DNA of 64,000 nt from Capsulimonadaceae bacterium (lineage in GTDB: Bacteria > Armatimonadota > Armatimonadia > Armatimonadales > Capsulimonadaceae): assembly GCA_965215505.1 (NCBI GenBank), contig OZ244065.1:2656001-2720000 (forward strand), given 5' to 3'. The notes below the pieces were generated by a model, which was not told the origin of the DNA, did not search any database, and saw only the letters and a list, made by a program, of their open reading frames with translations. Within the stretch, counting starts at the first letter, position 1. Every line of letters starts with the position of its first letter. Below are positions 19,480 to 28,917 of the stretch, piece by piece. Position numbers and translations under genes: made by a program.

Positions 19480-19761
19480 ATGAGGTCAGCCGCTCAATTT
19501 ATCATCCGCCAAAGCCGCTCCCTTGCCTTCGTCCTGCTTATGTTTGCGTTGCTGCGCGGGCTGGAGGTCTGCCAGGGCTTGTGGCAGGGGAGCGGACTGC
19601 ACGGATATGTGGTCCATTACGGCAAAGCGCACTCAGGCTTCACAGTATCCGTATGGGCCGCCTTCCTTCAGGCGCTGGCTTTGGCAGGGGCGGCGGGTTT
19701 GTTCGCCTGCATCGCCTCGTGGCATAGACGCCGCGCGCCACGGGCTGAAGCCCGAGGCTGA
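19480..19761 (+). CDS. Small membrane protein
   Basis: 93 aa, two hydrophobic segments, RBS present. Confidence 0.55.
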   Translation: MRSAAQFIIRQSRSLAFVLLMFALLRGLEVCQGLWQGSGLHGYVVHYGKAHSGFTVSVWAAFLQALALAGAAGLFACIASWHRRRAPRAEARG

Positions 19762-19870
19762 GAAAAGCCCACCGTCCAGGGGACGCAAGATGAAAACCAG
19801 AGGGCGGGGATGGGAAGGTCGGGATGAACCCCTCCCCCACACCGACGCGAGGCGGGGCTGTGAACGCACC

Positions 19871-20184
19871 GTAGGGGTAGGGCTTGTCCCTACCCTCCCC
19901 GCTTGTCCCTCCTTCCATCTGCATCCTTCCGTCTCGCTCCTCTCTTCCGTCCCCCGGACGGCACATGGGGATCGCTCCGGGGAATCTTCGTAGGGGCGCC
20001 GCTTACCGCGCCCTCCTTCTGCTCCGGTCCCTTCTGCTCCGGTCCCTTCCCGGCGGGCGCGGAGAGGAGGGCGGGCAAGCGGCGCCCCTACCCACCCGGT
20101 CCCCACAGCCCCACCCGGTCCCCACAGCCCCACCCGGTCCCCACAGCCCCACCCGGTCCCCACAGCCCCACCCGGTCCCCACAG
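19871..20184. repeat. Cluster of GTAG-type REPs (19871, 19990, 20069) with a 15-bp duplication and a 19-bp tandem x5
   Basis: (CCCACCCGGTCCCCACAGC)x5 from 20091; (CCTTCTGCTCCGGTC)x2. Confidence 0.9.
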
Positions 20185-20299
20185 GCGCGGGCGGCGGAAC
20201 GAGAACTAGATGGCCCTGCCCATGGCGACTGTGGGCTATGGCAGGAAAAACACCCTACCCCGCCGAACTTCCCGAAAACCGCCGCCAGGAGTCCCGCCC

Positions 20300-21214
20300 A
20301 TGCCCACCCCTCATGCCAACCTCCCCGTCCAAGAAGGCCGCCTGCCTTTTCACGGCTTTACCGACTGGTATCGAGTCGTCGGCGGGCCTGCCGAGCCGGG
20401 CAAGCTGCCCGTCCTGGTGCTGCACGGCGGGCCGGGCGCGGCGCACGACTATTTGGAACCCATCGGCGCGCTGGCCGCCACGGGCCGCCCGGTCATCTTC
20501 TACGATCAACTCGGCTGCGGCCTGTCCGACCACCCGCACGACCCGTCTCTGTGGCATGTTCCCCTCTTTGTCGAGGAAGTCACGGCGGTACGAAAGGCAT
20601 TAAGCCTGGACCGGCTGCACATCCTCGGCCAGTCCTGGGGCGGGATGCTGGGCATGGAATACGCGCTGACCCAGCCGGAGGGCCTGGCAAGCCTGATCGT
20701 CGCCAACTCCCCGGCCAGCATGACCCAATGGGTATCCGAAGCGAACCGGTTGCGCGCCGAACTTCCCGAAGAGGTCCAGGCCACGCTGCTCCAGCACGAG
20801 GAGGCGGGGACGACCGACTCGGCAGAGTACCAGGAGGCCGTCATGGTCTTCTACGGCCGCCACGTCTGCCGGACCGACCCGCTGCCGGACTATGTCCAGC
20901 GCTCCTTCGCCCAGATCGAGGCCGACCCGGAGGTCTATCACACCATGAACGGCCCCTCCGAGTTCCACGTCGTCGGGCGTCTGAAGGGCTGGGACATCAC
21001 CGAGCGCCTGAGTGGGATCGCCCTGCCGACCTTGGTGCTGTCGGGCCGCTACGATGAGGCGACGCCCTTGATCGCCCAGACGGTGCAGCACGGCATCCCC
21101 GATGCGGAGTGGGTTCTGTTTGAGGAAAGCTCACACATGCCGCATGTGGAGGAGGCGGAGCGTTATATCAAGGTCGTGGATGAGTTCCTGACGCGCGTCG
21201 AGCGGGCGGCATAA
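20300..21214 (+). CDS. Proline iminopeptidase / L-amino acid amidase family alpha/beta hydrolase
   Basis: LHGGPGAAHDY, YDQLGCG, GQSWGGML, MNGPSEF, GRYDEATP, SSHMPH. Confidence 0.92.
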   Translation: MPTPHANLPVQEGRLPFHGFTDWYRVVGGPAEPGKLPVLVLHGGPGAAHDYLEPIGALAATGRPVIFYDQLGCGLSDHPHDPSLWHVPLFVEEVTAVRKALSLDRLHILGQSWGGMLGMEYALTQPEGLASLIVANSPASMTQWVSEANRLRAELPEEVQATLLQHEEAGTTDSAEYQEAVMVFYGRHVCRTDPLPDYVQRSFAQIEADPEVYHTMNGPSEFHVVGRLKGWDITERLSGIALPTLVLSGRYDEATPLIAQTVQHGIPDAEWVLFEESSHMPHVEEAERYIKVVDEFLTRVERAA

Positions 21215-21221
21215 GTCCGGC

Positions 21222-21728
21222 ATGAAGCGCATCGCCATCATCGGCCCCGGCGGGGCGGGCAAGTCCACGCTGGCGCGGCAGATCGGCGCGAAGACCGGCC
21301 TGCCCGTCGTCCATTTGGACGCCCACTACTGGGGCGCGGGCTGGGTGGAGCCGCCGAAGGATGCCTGGGAACAGGCAGTGCGAGGGCTTGCCGGGGGCGA
21401 GGCGTGGGTCATGGACGGCAACTACGGCGGCACCATGGACCTCCGGCTGGCCGCCGCCGACACCATCGTCTTTCTGGACCTGCCGCGCCATGTTTGCCTC
21501 CCGCGCGTCATTTTGCGGCAGGTCCGCTATCGGAACCGGACGCGGCCGGACATGGCGGCGGGCTGCCCGGAGCGGCTGACCTGGTTCTTCCTGAAGTACA
21601 TCTGGAACTACCGGCGCGACCGGCGGCCCGGCGTCTTGGAGCGGATGCAGAAGTACGCCGAGGGACGGAAGCTGGTCCACTTGCAGACGCCGAGGCAGGT
21701 ACGCCGCTTCCTGGAGGCGCTGCCGTGA
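21222..21728 (+). CDS. DNA topology modulation (FlaR-like) P-loop kinase
   Basis: IGPGGAGKST, VHLDAHYW, WVMDGNY, RPDMAAGCPER. Confidence 0.88.
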   Translation: MKRIAIIGPGGAGKSTLARQIGAKTGLPVVHLDAHYWGAGWVEPPKDAWEQAVRGLAGGEAWVMDGNYGGTMDLRLAAADTIVFLDLPRHVCLPRVILRQVRYRNRTRPDMAAGCPERLTWFFLKYIWNYRRDRRPGVLERMQKYAEGRKLVHLQTPRQVRRFLEALP

Positions 21729-22306
21729 AGGAAAAGAGCACGCTCGCCACCGACCGGCTGCTCCTGCGTGAATTCACCGAAGACGACTGGCAGGCAATGC
21801 TGGCCTACCAGTCCGACCCGCTGTACCTGCGCTTCTACCCGTGGACGCACCGCACGGAAGACGACGTCCGCGCGTTCGTCGGCGCGTTTGTCGCCCAGCA
21901 GGAGGAGCGGCCCCGGCGCAAGTTTCAGTTTGCCCTCGTCCTGAAAGGAGACGGGCGACTCATCGGCAGCGGCGGCGTCCGCGTCCGTGACCCCGAGGGC
22001 CGGCAGGCCGACATCGGCTATGAGCTGGACCCACATTCCTGGGGGCGCGGCCTGGCGATAGAGGCGGCGCGCGAGTTGCTGCGCTTCGGCTTTGAAGACC
22101 TGAGGATGCATCGCGTTTCTGGGGACTGTGTGGCAGACAACGCGGCCTCGGCGCGGGTCATGGAGAAGATCGGGATGCGGCGCGAGGCACTGCTGCGCGA
22201 GCAGGCCTGGTACAAAGATCGCTGGTGGGACGCGCTGGTTTACGCGGTCCTGGAAGACGAGTGGCGGGCGGCACGGATGCAAGGAACACATCAGACCATA
22301 CGTTGA
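21725..22306 (+). CDS. RimJ/RimL-type GNAT N-acetyltransferase
   Basis: GTGA overlap; TDRLLLREF, DIGYEL..WGRGLA, NAASARVMEKIGM. Confidence 0.9.
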   Translation: MKEKSTLATDRLLLREFTEDDWQAMLAYQSDPLYLRFYPWTHRTEDDVRAFVGAFVAQQEERPRRKFQFALVLKGDGRLIGSGGVRVRDPEGRQADIGYELDPHSWGRGLAIEAARELLRFGFEDLRMHRVSGDCVADNAASARVMEKIGMRREALLREQAWYKDRWWDALVYAVLEDEWRAARMQGTHQTIR

Positions 22307-22449
22307 AACGCACGGCTACTCAGCGGAGACGCTACAAACCCCCGCTTCGCGGGGCTAGAAGTTTCTCCTCAGTGCCGCGCCCTCCGGGTCTGCCAATGCA
22401 GAAGCGGTACTTCCTGGCGTCTGCGCCGTCTAGCCGTGCGTTTCAACGC
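22301..22449. repeat. REPIN-like element with long terminal inverted repeats
   Basis: CGTTGAAACGCACGGCTA ... TAGCCGTGCGTTTCAACG. Confidence 0.8.
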
Positions 22450-22515
22450 ATGGTCAACACGCGGCGAACCCATCCCTCCTTGACAGCGCCCCTCCTGCGC
22501 GGCTATAGTGACTGC

Positions 22516-23328
22516 ATGACCCGACGCTTGCTCTGCCTCCTCAGCCTCCTCCTATGCCTCGCACCGACGACCTACGCCGCGCCGCCGCAACGGATCGTCT
22601 CGCTATCGCCCGGCACGACGGAGATGCTGTTCGCGCTGGGCCTGGGCCGGTCCGTGGTCGGCGACACCGTCTACTGCGACTATCCGCCCGCCGCGAAGGC
22701 GATCTCCAAAGTCGGCGATGTGAACACCAGCTATGAAAAGGTGCTGGCCCTGCATCCAGACCTGATCGTCGCCGATGCCGCCGCGAATAGCCGGGCCGTC
22801 GCGCGGCTGACACAGCTCCATCAGCCCGTCCTGGCCGTCAGCCCGACCTCGCTCACCGCAGTTGAGACCAGCCTGCGTCAGATCGGGGCGCGCACCGGCA
22901 CCAGGCGGCAGGCCGAAACCATCATCGCCCAGATGGAGCGCAAGGCGCATCAGGCGGCGCTCATTGCGGCTGCCGACAAGCGCCCGCGCCCGCGCGTCTT
23001 GATCGTCGTCCAGACCAGCCCCCTGTGGACGGCGGGGGCGGGGACGTTCATGGACGACCTGGTGACGCGCGCGGGCGGCGTCAACGTCGGGGCCGCCGTG
23101 CATGGCTACGCGACGTTCTCTCGCGAGCAGGTCTTGGCGCACCCGCCCGACGTGATCCTGGGCGACGCCGCCGTGTCGGCCGCCTTCCGGGCCGACCCGC
23201 TCCTGGGCCGGCTGGCCGCCGTCCGGGCGGGCCGCTTTTACGCCCTGCCTGGCGACCTGACCTCGCGCCCCGGCCCGCGCCTGGCCGACGGGCTGGTGCT
23301 GGTGGCGAAGGCGCTGCACAGGAGATGA
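22516..23328 (+). CDS. Cobalamin/iron-chelate ABC transporter substrate-binding protein (BtuF-like)
   Basis: QRIVSLSPGTTEMLFALG, YCDYPP, EKVLALHPDL, SRPGPRL; TTGACA (22480) and TATAGT (22504) directly upstream. Confidence 0.9.
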   Translation: MTRRLLCLLSLLLCLAPTTYAAPPQRIVSLSPGTTEMLFALGLGRSVVGDTVYCDYPPAAKAISKVGDVNTSYEKVLALHPDLIVADAAANSRAVARLTQLHQPVLAVSPTSLTAVETSLRQIGARTGTRRQAETIIAQMERKAHQAALIAAADKRPRPRVLIVVQTSPLWTAGAGTFMDDLVTRAGGVNVGAAVHGYATFSREQVLAHPPDVILGDAAVSAAFRADPLLGRLAAVRAGRFYALPGDLTSRPGPRLADGLVLVAKALHRR

Positions 23329-24440
23329 GAGCAGGAGCCCCCACCCCCCGCCCCTCCCCCGCAAGCGGGAGAAGGGAGCCAGATTTGGATTCAGAAAGGA
23401 AGCGGGAGCGTTCGGCTTCCTTCCTTCATACTCCCCTCTCCCGCTTGCGGGGGAGGGGCGGGGGGTGGGGGCTTCTTCTCCTCCTCCTCGCCTCCCTCCT
23501 CCTCGCCGCCGGGATCGGCCAGGTACACCTCTCGCCCGCCGAAGTCCTCGCCGCCCTCAAGCACGGCCCGCGCGGGGCAGGCCCAAACGACGGCATCGTC
23601 TGGGAGCTGCGCCTGCCGCGCATCCTGCTGGCCGCCCTCGTCGGCGCGTCCCTGGCCGCGGCCGGGGTCGCCTTCCAGGCCCTGCTGCGGAACGATCTGG
23701 CGGACCCGTACCTCGTCGGCGTCTCGGCGGGGGCCTCGGTCGGGTCCGAGGCGACGATACTTCTGCACGGGGAGGCCGCGCTGGGCGGGTTCGCCCTGCC
23801 CGCCGCCGCCTTCGCGGCGGCTTCGGCGGCGATGTCCACGGTCTACGCGCTGGCCCGGCGGCACGGGCGGGTCGCCGTCACCTCGCTGCTGCTGGTCGGG
23901 GTCGTCGTCAGCGCCTTCCTCGGCGGCGTCTCCACCCTGATGCTCCAGTTCAGCCGCCCCAATGACGCCCAATACATTCAGTTCCGGCTGAACGGCTCGC
24001 TGCAAGACGCGACGCTTACGCAGTGCGGTGTGACACTGGGCTTCCTGACCGTCGGCCTGCTGGTCCTGGCCGTCGAGGCGCGGGCGATGAACCTGTTCGC
24101 ACTGGGCGAGGAGTCCGCGCAGCAGCTCGGCATCGAGACGGAGCGGTTCAAGGCGGTCCTGATCGTCACCGGCTCGCTGCTGACGGCGGCGACGGTCGCC
24201 TTCGCGGGCATCATCGGGTTCGTCGGCCTGATGTCGCCGCACATCGCCCGCCAGATCGCGCGGACGCCGGATCACCGGGTCGTGCTGCCGCTGGCGACAT
24301 TAGGCGGGGCCATCCTGATGGTGTGGGCGGACACGGCCGCCCGGAGCCTACTGCCCGACGGCCGCGAACTCCCCGTGGGCATCGTGACCGCCTTCTTCGG
24401 GGCTTTCTTTTTCCTCTATCTGCTGCGGCGTCAGCGGTAG
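23325..24440 (+). CDS. FecCD/BtuC-family ABC permease
   Basis: ATGA overlap; LRLPRILLAALVGASLA, LLRNDLADPYLVGVSAGA, GIIGFVGL, ELPVGIVTA. Confidence 0.92.
   Translation: MRAGAPTPRPSPASGRREPDLDSERKRERSASFLHTPLSRLRGRGGGWGLLLLLLASLLLAAGIGQVHLSPAEVLAALKHGPRGAGPNDGIVWELRLPRILLAALVGASLAAAGVAFQALLRNDLADPYLVGVSAGASVGSEATILLHGEAALGGFALPAAAFAAASAAMSTVYALARRHGRVAVTSLLLVGVVVSAFLGGVSTLMLQFSRPNDAQYIQFRLNGSLQDATLTQCGVTLGFLTVGLLVLAVEARAMNLFALGEESAQQLGIETERFKAVLIVTGSLLTAATVAFAGIIGFVGLMSPHIARQIARTPDHRVVLPLATLGGAILMVWADTAARSLLPDGRELPVGIVTAFFGAFFFLYLLRRQR
23336..23470. repeat. CCCCTCCC-type REP pair lying inside the 5' end of the permease CDS
   Basis: CCCCCACCCCCCGCCCCTCCCCCGCAAGCGGGAGAAGGGAG and a near-perfect reverse complement ~55 bp later. 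Confidence 0.85.
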
Positions 24441-24449
24441 CCTCCAGTC

Positions 24450-24582
24450 CGAGTGGTTGAAATCACTCGCTGGAGGTGCGGGCGTCCAGGGGACGCTAAG
24501 ACGGGTTGAACCTAACGTCCTGTCTTTTCCCTCTTCTGTCCCCTGGACAGGTCCAGCGGTAGCGAGTGATTTCACTCACTCG
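24450..24582. repeat. GAGTGA-type REPIN/MITE-like element, copy 1
   Basis: Terminal hairpins GAGTG..TCACTCGC / GCGAGTGA..TCACTC; inner arms GTCCAGGGGAC / GTCCCCTGGAC. Confidence 0.85.
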
Positions 24583-24591
24583 ACGCCTCGC

Positions 24592-24620
24592 TTGACACGT
24601 CCCCTCCCTCTTGGTATAAT
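24592..24620 (+). promoter_or_regulatory. Consensus sigma70-type promoter (extended -10)
   Basis: TTGACA-17-TATAAT, with TGG immediately before the -10 box. Confidence 0.85.
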
Positions 24621-24684
24621 GGTTCATTCCCCCGCAATGGCGCGGCGTCTAATGCTACACACTTAGGAGCACGTCGCCTTTCCC

Positions 24685-26256
24685 ATGTCCCTCTTCGACC
24701 ACTACACCCTCGATGGGTTCTATGACGAGATGTTTCTCGAGGCGAACCAGCCCCGACCGCACTACAAGAGCCTGCATGCGACTCTGGAGTCGCTGACCGC
24801 ACACGACTTCAAGCAGCGCGCCCAGATGGCCGAGATGAGCATGCTCAATCAGGGCGTCACCTTTACGGTCTACGGGGACAACCAGGGGCTGGAAAAGACC
24901 ATGCCGGTGGACCTCGTCCCGCGCATCATCACGCACGAGGAGTGGGCGGGCATCGAGCGCGGGCTGATCCAGCGGATCAGGGCACTGAACCTGTTCCTGC
25001 ACGACGTCTATCACGACCAGAAAATCCTCAAGGACGGCATCGTGCCGCGCGAGCTGATCGTCAACGCGAAGCACTTCCGGCGCGAGTTCCTGGGTGCGCC
25101 CGTCCCCAAAGACATCTACGTCCACATCTGCGGCACGGATCTGGTGCGCGACGACAAGGGTGCCTATTACATCCTGGAAGACAACCTGCGCTCGCCCTCG
25201 GGCGTCTCCTATGTGCTGCAAAACCGGATGCTGATGACGCGCATCTTCCCCGGCCTGTTCCGCGAGAACCGGGTCCTCGCTGTGGACCACTACACCTCGC
25301 AGCTCTTGACCAACCTGCGCTACGTCTCGCCCCGCAAGAACGACGACCCGACCGTCGTGCTGCTGACGCCCGGCGAGTACAACTCCGCCTACTTTGAACA
25401 CGCCTTCCTGGCCCAGCAGATGGGCATCGATCTGGTGCAGGGCCGAGACCTGTATGTGGACAACAACATGGTCTGGATGCGGACCACACGCGGCGCGCAG
25501 CGCGTGGACGTCATCTACCGCCGCATTGACGACGACTTTCTGGACCCACTGACCTTCCGCCCCGATTCCAGCCTCGGCGTGCCGGGCCTGATTAACGCCT
25601 ACCGGGCCGGCAACGTCGCGCTCGCCAATGCCGTCGGGACGGGCGTCGCCGACGACAAGGTGATCTATGCCTATGTCCCGGCCATGATCAAGTACTATCT
25701 GGGCGAAGAGGCCCTGCTCCCTAACGTCCCGACCTACCTGTCCGCCGACGAGTCCCAGCGCACTTTCATCTTAGAAAACCTGGACAAGCTGGTCGTCAAG
25801 GCCGCGAACGAGGCGGGCGGCTATGGGATGCTGATGGGACCGCAGTCCACGAAGGCCGAGCAGGCAGAGTTCGCCGAGAAGATCAAGGCCGATCCGCGCA
25901 ATTTTATCGCCCAGCCCCTCGTCCAGATCTCGCGCGCCCCCGCCTTCGTCCCGGACGTTGAGGGCTTTGAGGGGCGGCACATTGACCTGCGGCCTTATAT
26001 CCTGATGGGCGAGGAGATCACCATCATCCCCGGCGGCCTGACGCGCGTCGCGCTCCGGAAAGGCTCCTACGTCGTCAACTCCAGCCAGGGCGGCGGCTCC
26101 AAAGACACCTGGGTGCTGGCGCGGCCGGCAGGCCAGTCGCAGTCCCAGTCGCAGAGGATGGGCAGCATGAGCCAGTCGCAGATGCAGGGCTTCGGCGGCG
26201 CGGCGGAGACGCGGCCGGTGGAGGGGGCGGTCAAGGCAGACGCAGCAGGAGGGTAG
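24685..26256 (+). CDS. Circularly permuted type 2 ATP-grasp protein
   Basis: [55 protein letters not shown]. Confidence 0.95.
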   Translation: MSLFDHYTLDGFYDEMFLEANQPRPHYKSLHATLESLTAHDFKQRAQMAEMSMLNQGVTFTVYGDNQGLEKTMPVDLVPRIITHEEWAGIERGLIQRIRALNLFLHDVYHDQKILKDGIVPRELIVNAKHFRREFLGAPVPKDIYVHICGTDLVRDDKGAYYILEDNLRSPSGVSYVLQNRMLMTRIFPGLFRENRVLAVDHYTSQLLTNLRYVSPRKNDDPTVVLLTPGEYNSAYFEHAFLAQQMGIDLVQGRDLYVDNNMVWMRTTRGAQRVDVIYRRIDDDFLDPLTFRPDSSLGVPGLINAYRAGNVALANAVGTGVADDKVIYAYVPAMIKYYLGEEALLPNVPTYLSADESQRTFILENLDKLVVKAANEAGGYGMLMGPQSTKAEQAEFAEKIKADPRNFIAQPLVQISRAPAFVPDVEGFEGRHIDLRPYILMGEEITIIPGGLTRVALRKGSYVVNSSQGGGSKDTWVLARPAGQSQSQSQRMGSMSQSQMQGFGGAAETRPVEGAVKADAAGG

Positions 26257-26260
26257 GACA

Positions 26261-26668
26261 GTGACCGTCGTTCCACCTTTGTACAGGTTGATTTCAGAAT
26301 TCAACTACGTCTTTCACAGCGTCATAGATCTGTTGTTCATCGTGGTCGCCCTTCTCATTGTTGGCACAGTTTCTCGTCCCGGTTGGCGGCACCATCTCCA
26401 ATGGGCAAGGCTTCTCGCCGCTGCTGCCTGGCTGACCGGCTGTTACCGTCTCATACTTGATCAGAGTCATTACCTTCACTTCGGCGGCCTGACGGTGTAT
26501 GTCGCATCAAACATTCTGCTTTACCTAGCGGATGGTGCATCCTTGTGGGGAACATGGCTTCTCTGGCTGACGCTCCGCGACTCGGCCCGCGCCCCGGCCG
26601 CGCCAGATCCGCAGGCGGAGTATCCAGCGCAACCCGGCGTGTGGCCCCCCGCCCCGGTCATCAAGTAG
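26261..26668 (+). CDS. Small membrane protein with a PGVWPPAP tail
   Basis: Three hydrophobic segments; AT-richer codons than its neighbours. Confidence 0.7.
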   Translation: MTVVPPLYRLISEFNYVFHSVIDLLFIVVALLIVGTVSRPGWRHHLQWARLLAAAAWLTGCYRLILDQSHYLHFGGLTVYVASNILLYLADGASLWGTWLLWLTLRDSARAPAAPDPQAEYPAQPGVWPPAPVIK

Positions 26669-26690
26669 CGAGAGGGCGCGGCAGGGAAGA

Positions 26691-26781
26691 GGACGCGATG
26701 AATCGTGCCCCTACGCCGTGCAGGACAGGGACATGATGGGCGAACACGGATAGAAAGGGCGAACACAAGGTTCGCCCCTAC
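26691..26781. repeat. Two GTAG-type REPs
   Basis: GGACGCGATGAATCGTGCCCCTAC; GGGCGAACACAAGGTTCGCCCCTAC (identical to the copies at 14879 and 61233). Confidence 0.85.
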
Positions 26782-26881
26782 AGTCGGTACGTCTTCGGCC
26801 TCAATCTTCAACCCCGGATGGGTTTTCACTCAAGAGTGGGCCGGCCATTCATGGCCGGTCACTCTCATCAGGAACCAATTT

Positions 26882-27850
26882 ATGCTCGCTCGTGAAGCCG
26901 ACGCCATGTTCTGGATCGGGCGCTATGTGGAGCGCGCCGAGGCGACCGCCCGCATCGTGGACGTCCAGTACCACTCCGAACTCGAAGGCGCGTTCCCGCT
27001 CGCCCCGACCGGCGAGAGCGACCCATCCGCCCTGTGGGGGCCGATCCTCGCCATCTCGGGCGACTCCGAGCTGTTCGCCGCGCTCTACGACGACAATCAG
27101 GTCGAGCGCAATGTGCTGGACTTCTTCGCCTTCCGCCGCGACCACCCGAACTCCATCCTCTCCTGCGTCAGCCGCGCCCGCGAGAACGCGCGCGGCGTCC
27201 GCGAGATGATCTCCTCGGAGATGTACGAGAGCCTGAACATGTTCTTCCTGGAGGCGACCCGGTGGAACGCCGACAAGATTTTGGAGACATCGCCGCACGC
27301 CTACTTCTCCCAGATCAAGAGCGCCTCATTGCTCTTCCACGGCATCACCGCCCGGACGATGCCCCGCGACGAGGCCTGGGCCTTCCTCGACTGCGGCATG
27401 TTCCTGGAGCGGGCCGACAAGACCGCGCGCATTTTGGACGTCAAGTACCACATCCTGCTCGGCCCCGAGCAGCTCGGCGGGACTCTGGACCAGCACCAGT
27501 GGATCGCCGTCCTGAAAAGCGTCGGCGCGTTCGAGGCCTTCCGCAAGGCCAACCGGCTGGGCATCACGCCCGGCAAGGTCGTCTCTTACCTCGTCCGCAA
27601 CCCCGCCTTCCCCGCCTCCATCGCCTACTCAGTCACCCGCCTGGACCGCGCCCTGCGCCAGATCGGCGGCACGAAGGGCCAGCCCGCCGCCAACCGCGCC
27701 GAGCGCCTGGTGGGCCGGCTGCGCGCGGACCTGTCGTTCATCACGACCGACGAGATCATCAACCAGGGCCTGCACCAGTTCCTGGATCAAGTCCAGGTCC
27801 GGTGCATCGAGATCGGCGACGCCATCTCCGAGGCGTACCTGCGCTACTGA
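26882..27850 (+). CDS. Alpha-E domain protein (DUF403)
   Basis: MLAREADAMFWIGRYVERAEATAR, ARENARGVRE, LERADKTARILDVKY. Confidence 0.93.
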   Translation: MLAREADAMFWIGRYVERAEATARIVDVQYHSELEGAFPLAPTGESDPSALWGPILAISGDSELFAALYDDNQVERNVLDFFAFRRDHPNSILSCVSRARENARGVREMISSEMYESLNMFFLEATRWNADKILETSPHAYFSQIKSASLLFHGITARTMPRDEAWAFLDCGMFLERADKTARILDVKYHILLGPEQLGGTLDQHQWIAVLKSVGAFEAFRKANRLGITPGKVVSYLVRNPAFPASIAYSVTRLDRALRQIGGTKGQPAANRAERLVGRLRADLSFITTDEIINQGLHQFLDQVQVRCIEIGDAISEAYLRY

Positions 27851-27882
27851 GGACGCCCCGCCGAAGTATTTTTACCGCCCCC

Positions 27883-27927
27883 TTGACACACTTGCTTTTG
27901 CGTGATATACTTTACTTATAGTAAAGT
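27883..27927 (+). promoter_or_regulatory. Promoter with a palindromic operator
   Basis: TTGACA-17-TATACT; ACTTTAC-ttata-GTAAAGT (27909-27927). Confidence 0.8.
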
Positions 27928-27947
27928 GCTTACTAAGGAGGCAACTG

Positions 27948-28394
27948 ATGGAGACAAACACGCAGCAGGCGCGCGAAAGCCTGCAAGTCATCTCACAGGC
28001 GGAAGCGGCGGCCCGCCTGAACAGCCCGAACAACGGGACCGTGCCCCTGGTCTGGGGGTCCGTCATTCTGGCCTGCATGGTGAGCTATGACCTGGTCCCG
28101 CCGATCTTTGCGCTGGCCGTCACCGTCGCGGGCGCTTTTGCGGCCTCACGCTGGTCATGTTCCTACCAGCGCTGCCTCCCCGTCAAGCCGCTGAAGGTGG
28201 ACAAGCCCCGGATGTTCAGCGTGTGGGGACTATACCACGGCGTGGTGCTGATGGGCGGCATCGCGCTGGGGACCCACTTCTGGCACGCCCCCATGCGGCC
28301 GGGGGCGTTCACCCTGATCGGCCTGCTGGACGCCGCTCCCCTCCTGCTCATCGGCTGGACTCAGCGGCGGCGCGCACAGGGGCTGCACCCATGA
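27948..28394 (+). CDS. 4-TM membrane protein
   Basis: AAGGAGG RBS; hydrophobic helices; typical partner of the downstream wHTH gene. Confidence 0.8.
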   Translation: METNTQQARESLQVISQAEAAARLNSPNNGTVPLVWGSVILACMVSYDLVPPIFALAVTVAGAFAASRWSCSYQRCLPVKPLKVDKPRMFSVWGLYHGVVLMGGIALGTHFWHAPMRPGAFTLIGLLDAAPLLLIGWTQRRRAQGLHP

Positions 28395-28747
28395 GCGTCC
28401 TCCCCGCCTCGCCGCCGCACCCCCGTCTGGAACTGGATGAGGCCATCCATCAGCCCGTCCGGCTGTCCATCATGGCGCTGCTGGCGCAGTCCGAGAAGGT
28501 AGATTTCGCCTTCCTGCGCGACCACCTCGCCTTGGGGGACTCCAACCTGTCCCGCCACCTGTCCGCCTTGGAAGGGTTAGGGTACATCGTCATCACCAAG
28601 GTGTTCGAAGGCAAGCGGGGCCGCACCTGGCTGTCCCTCAGCGCGGAAGGCCGCGCCGCATTTGAAAACCATGTCCGCGTCCTGCATGAGATCGTCGGGC
28701 CGGCTGCGGATGAGCCGCAGACGAACAAGACGAGAACGGACAAGTGA
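28391..28747 (+). CDS. Winged-helix transcriptional regulator (HTH_34/ArsR-like)
   Basis: LDEAIHQPVRLSIMALL, DSNLSRHLSALE, RTWLSLSAEGRAAF. Confidence 0.9.
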   Translation: MSVLPASPPHPRLELDEAIHQPVRLSIMALLAQSEKVDFAFLRDHLALGDSNLSRHLSALEGLGYIVITKVFEGKRGRTWLSLSAEGRAAFENHVRVLHEIVGPAADEPQTNKTRTDK

Positions 28748-28880
28748 TTAAAAATCACTCGCTGCGGGCGGACCTGTCCAGGGGACAGTATGGCAGGATC
28801 CGTCAGGACGGCCCGGCCCGTCTTCTTTTTCTTCTGTCCCCTGGACAGGTCTTACGGGAGCGAGTGAATTTATTCACTCG
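28742..28880. repeat. GAGTGA-type REPIN/MITE-like element, copy 2
   Basis: Same architecture as 24450; GACCTGTCCAGGGGACAG / CTGTCCCCTGGACAGGTC. Confidence 0.85.
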
Positions 28881-28917
28881 GCCCTCCGCCCGAGCCGTAC
28901 CATCAAAGGATACCGTC

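Noticed and set aside
22307-22515. Cobalamin riboswitch upstream of the BtuF-like gene
   Set aside because: No B12-box or riboswitch core was recognisable. The region is a REPIN and the promoter abuts the ATG.
28744-28917. N-terminal extensions in the ORF track (also 48014-48166, 22225-22515, 12841-13251, 26705-26881)
   Set aside because: They run through repeats or upstream genes. Downstream starts fit the signal peptides, RBS or family N-termini better.
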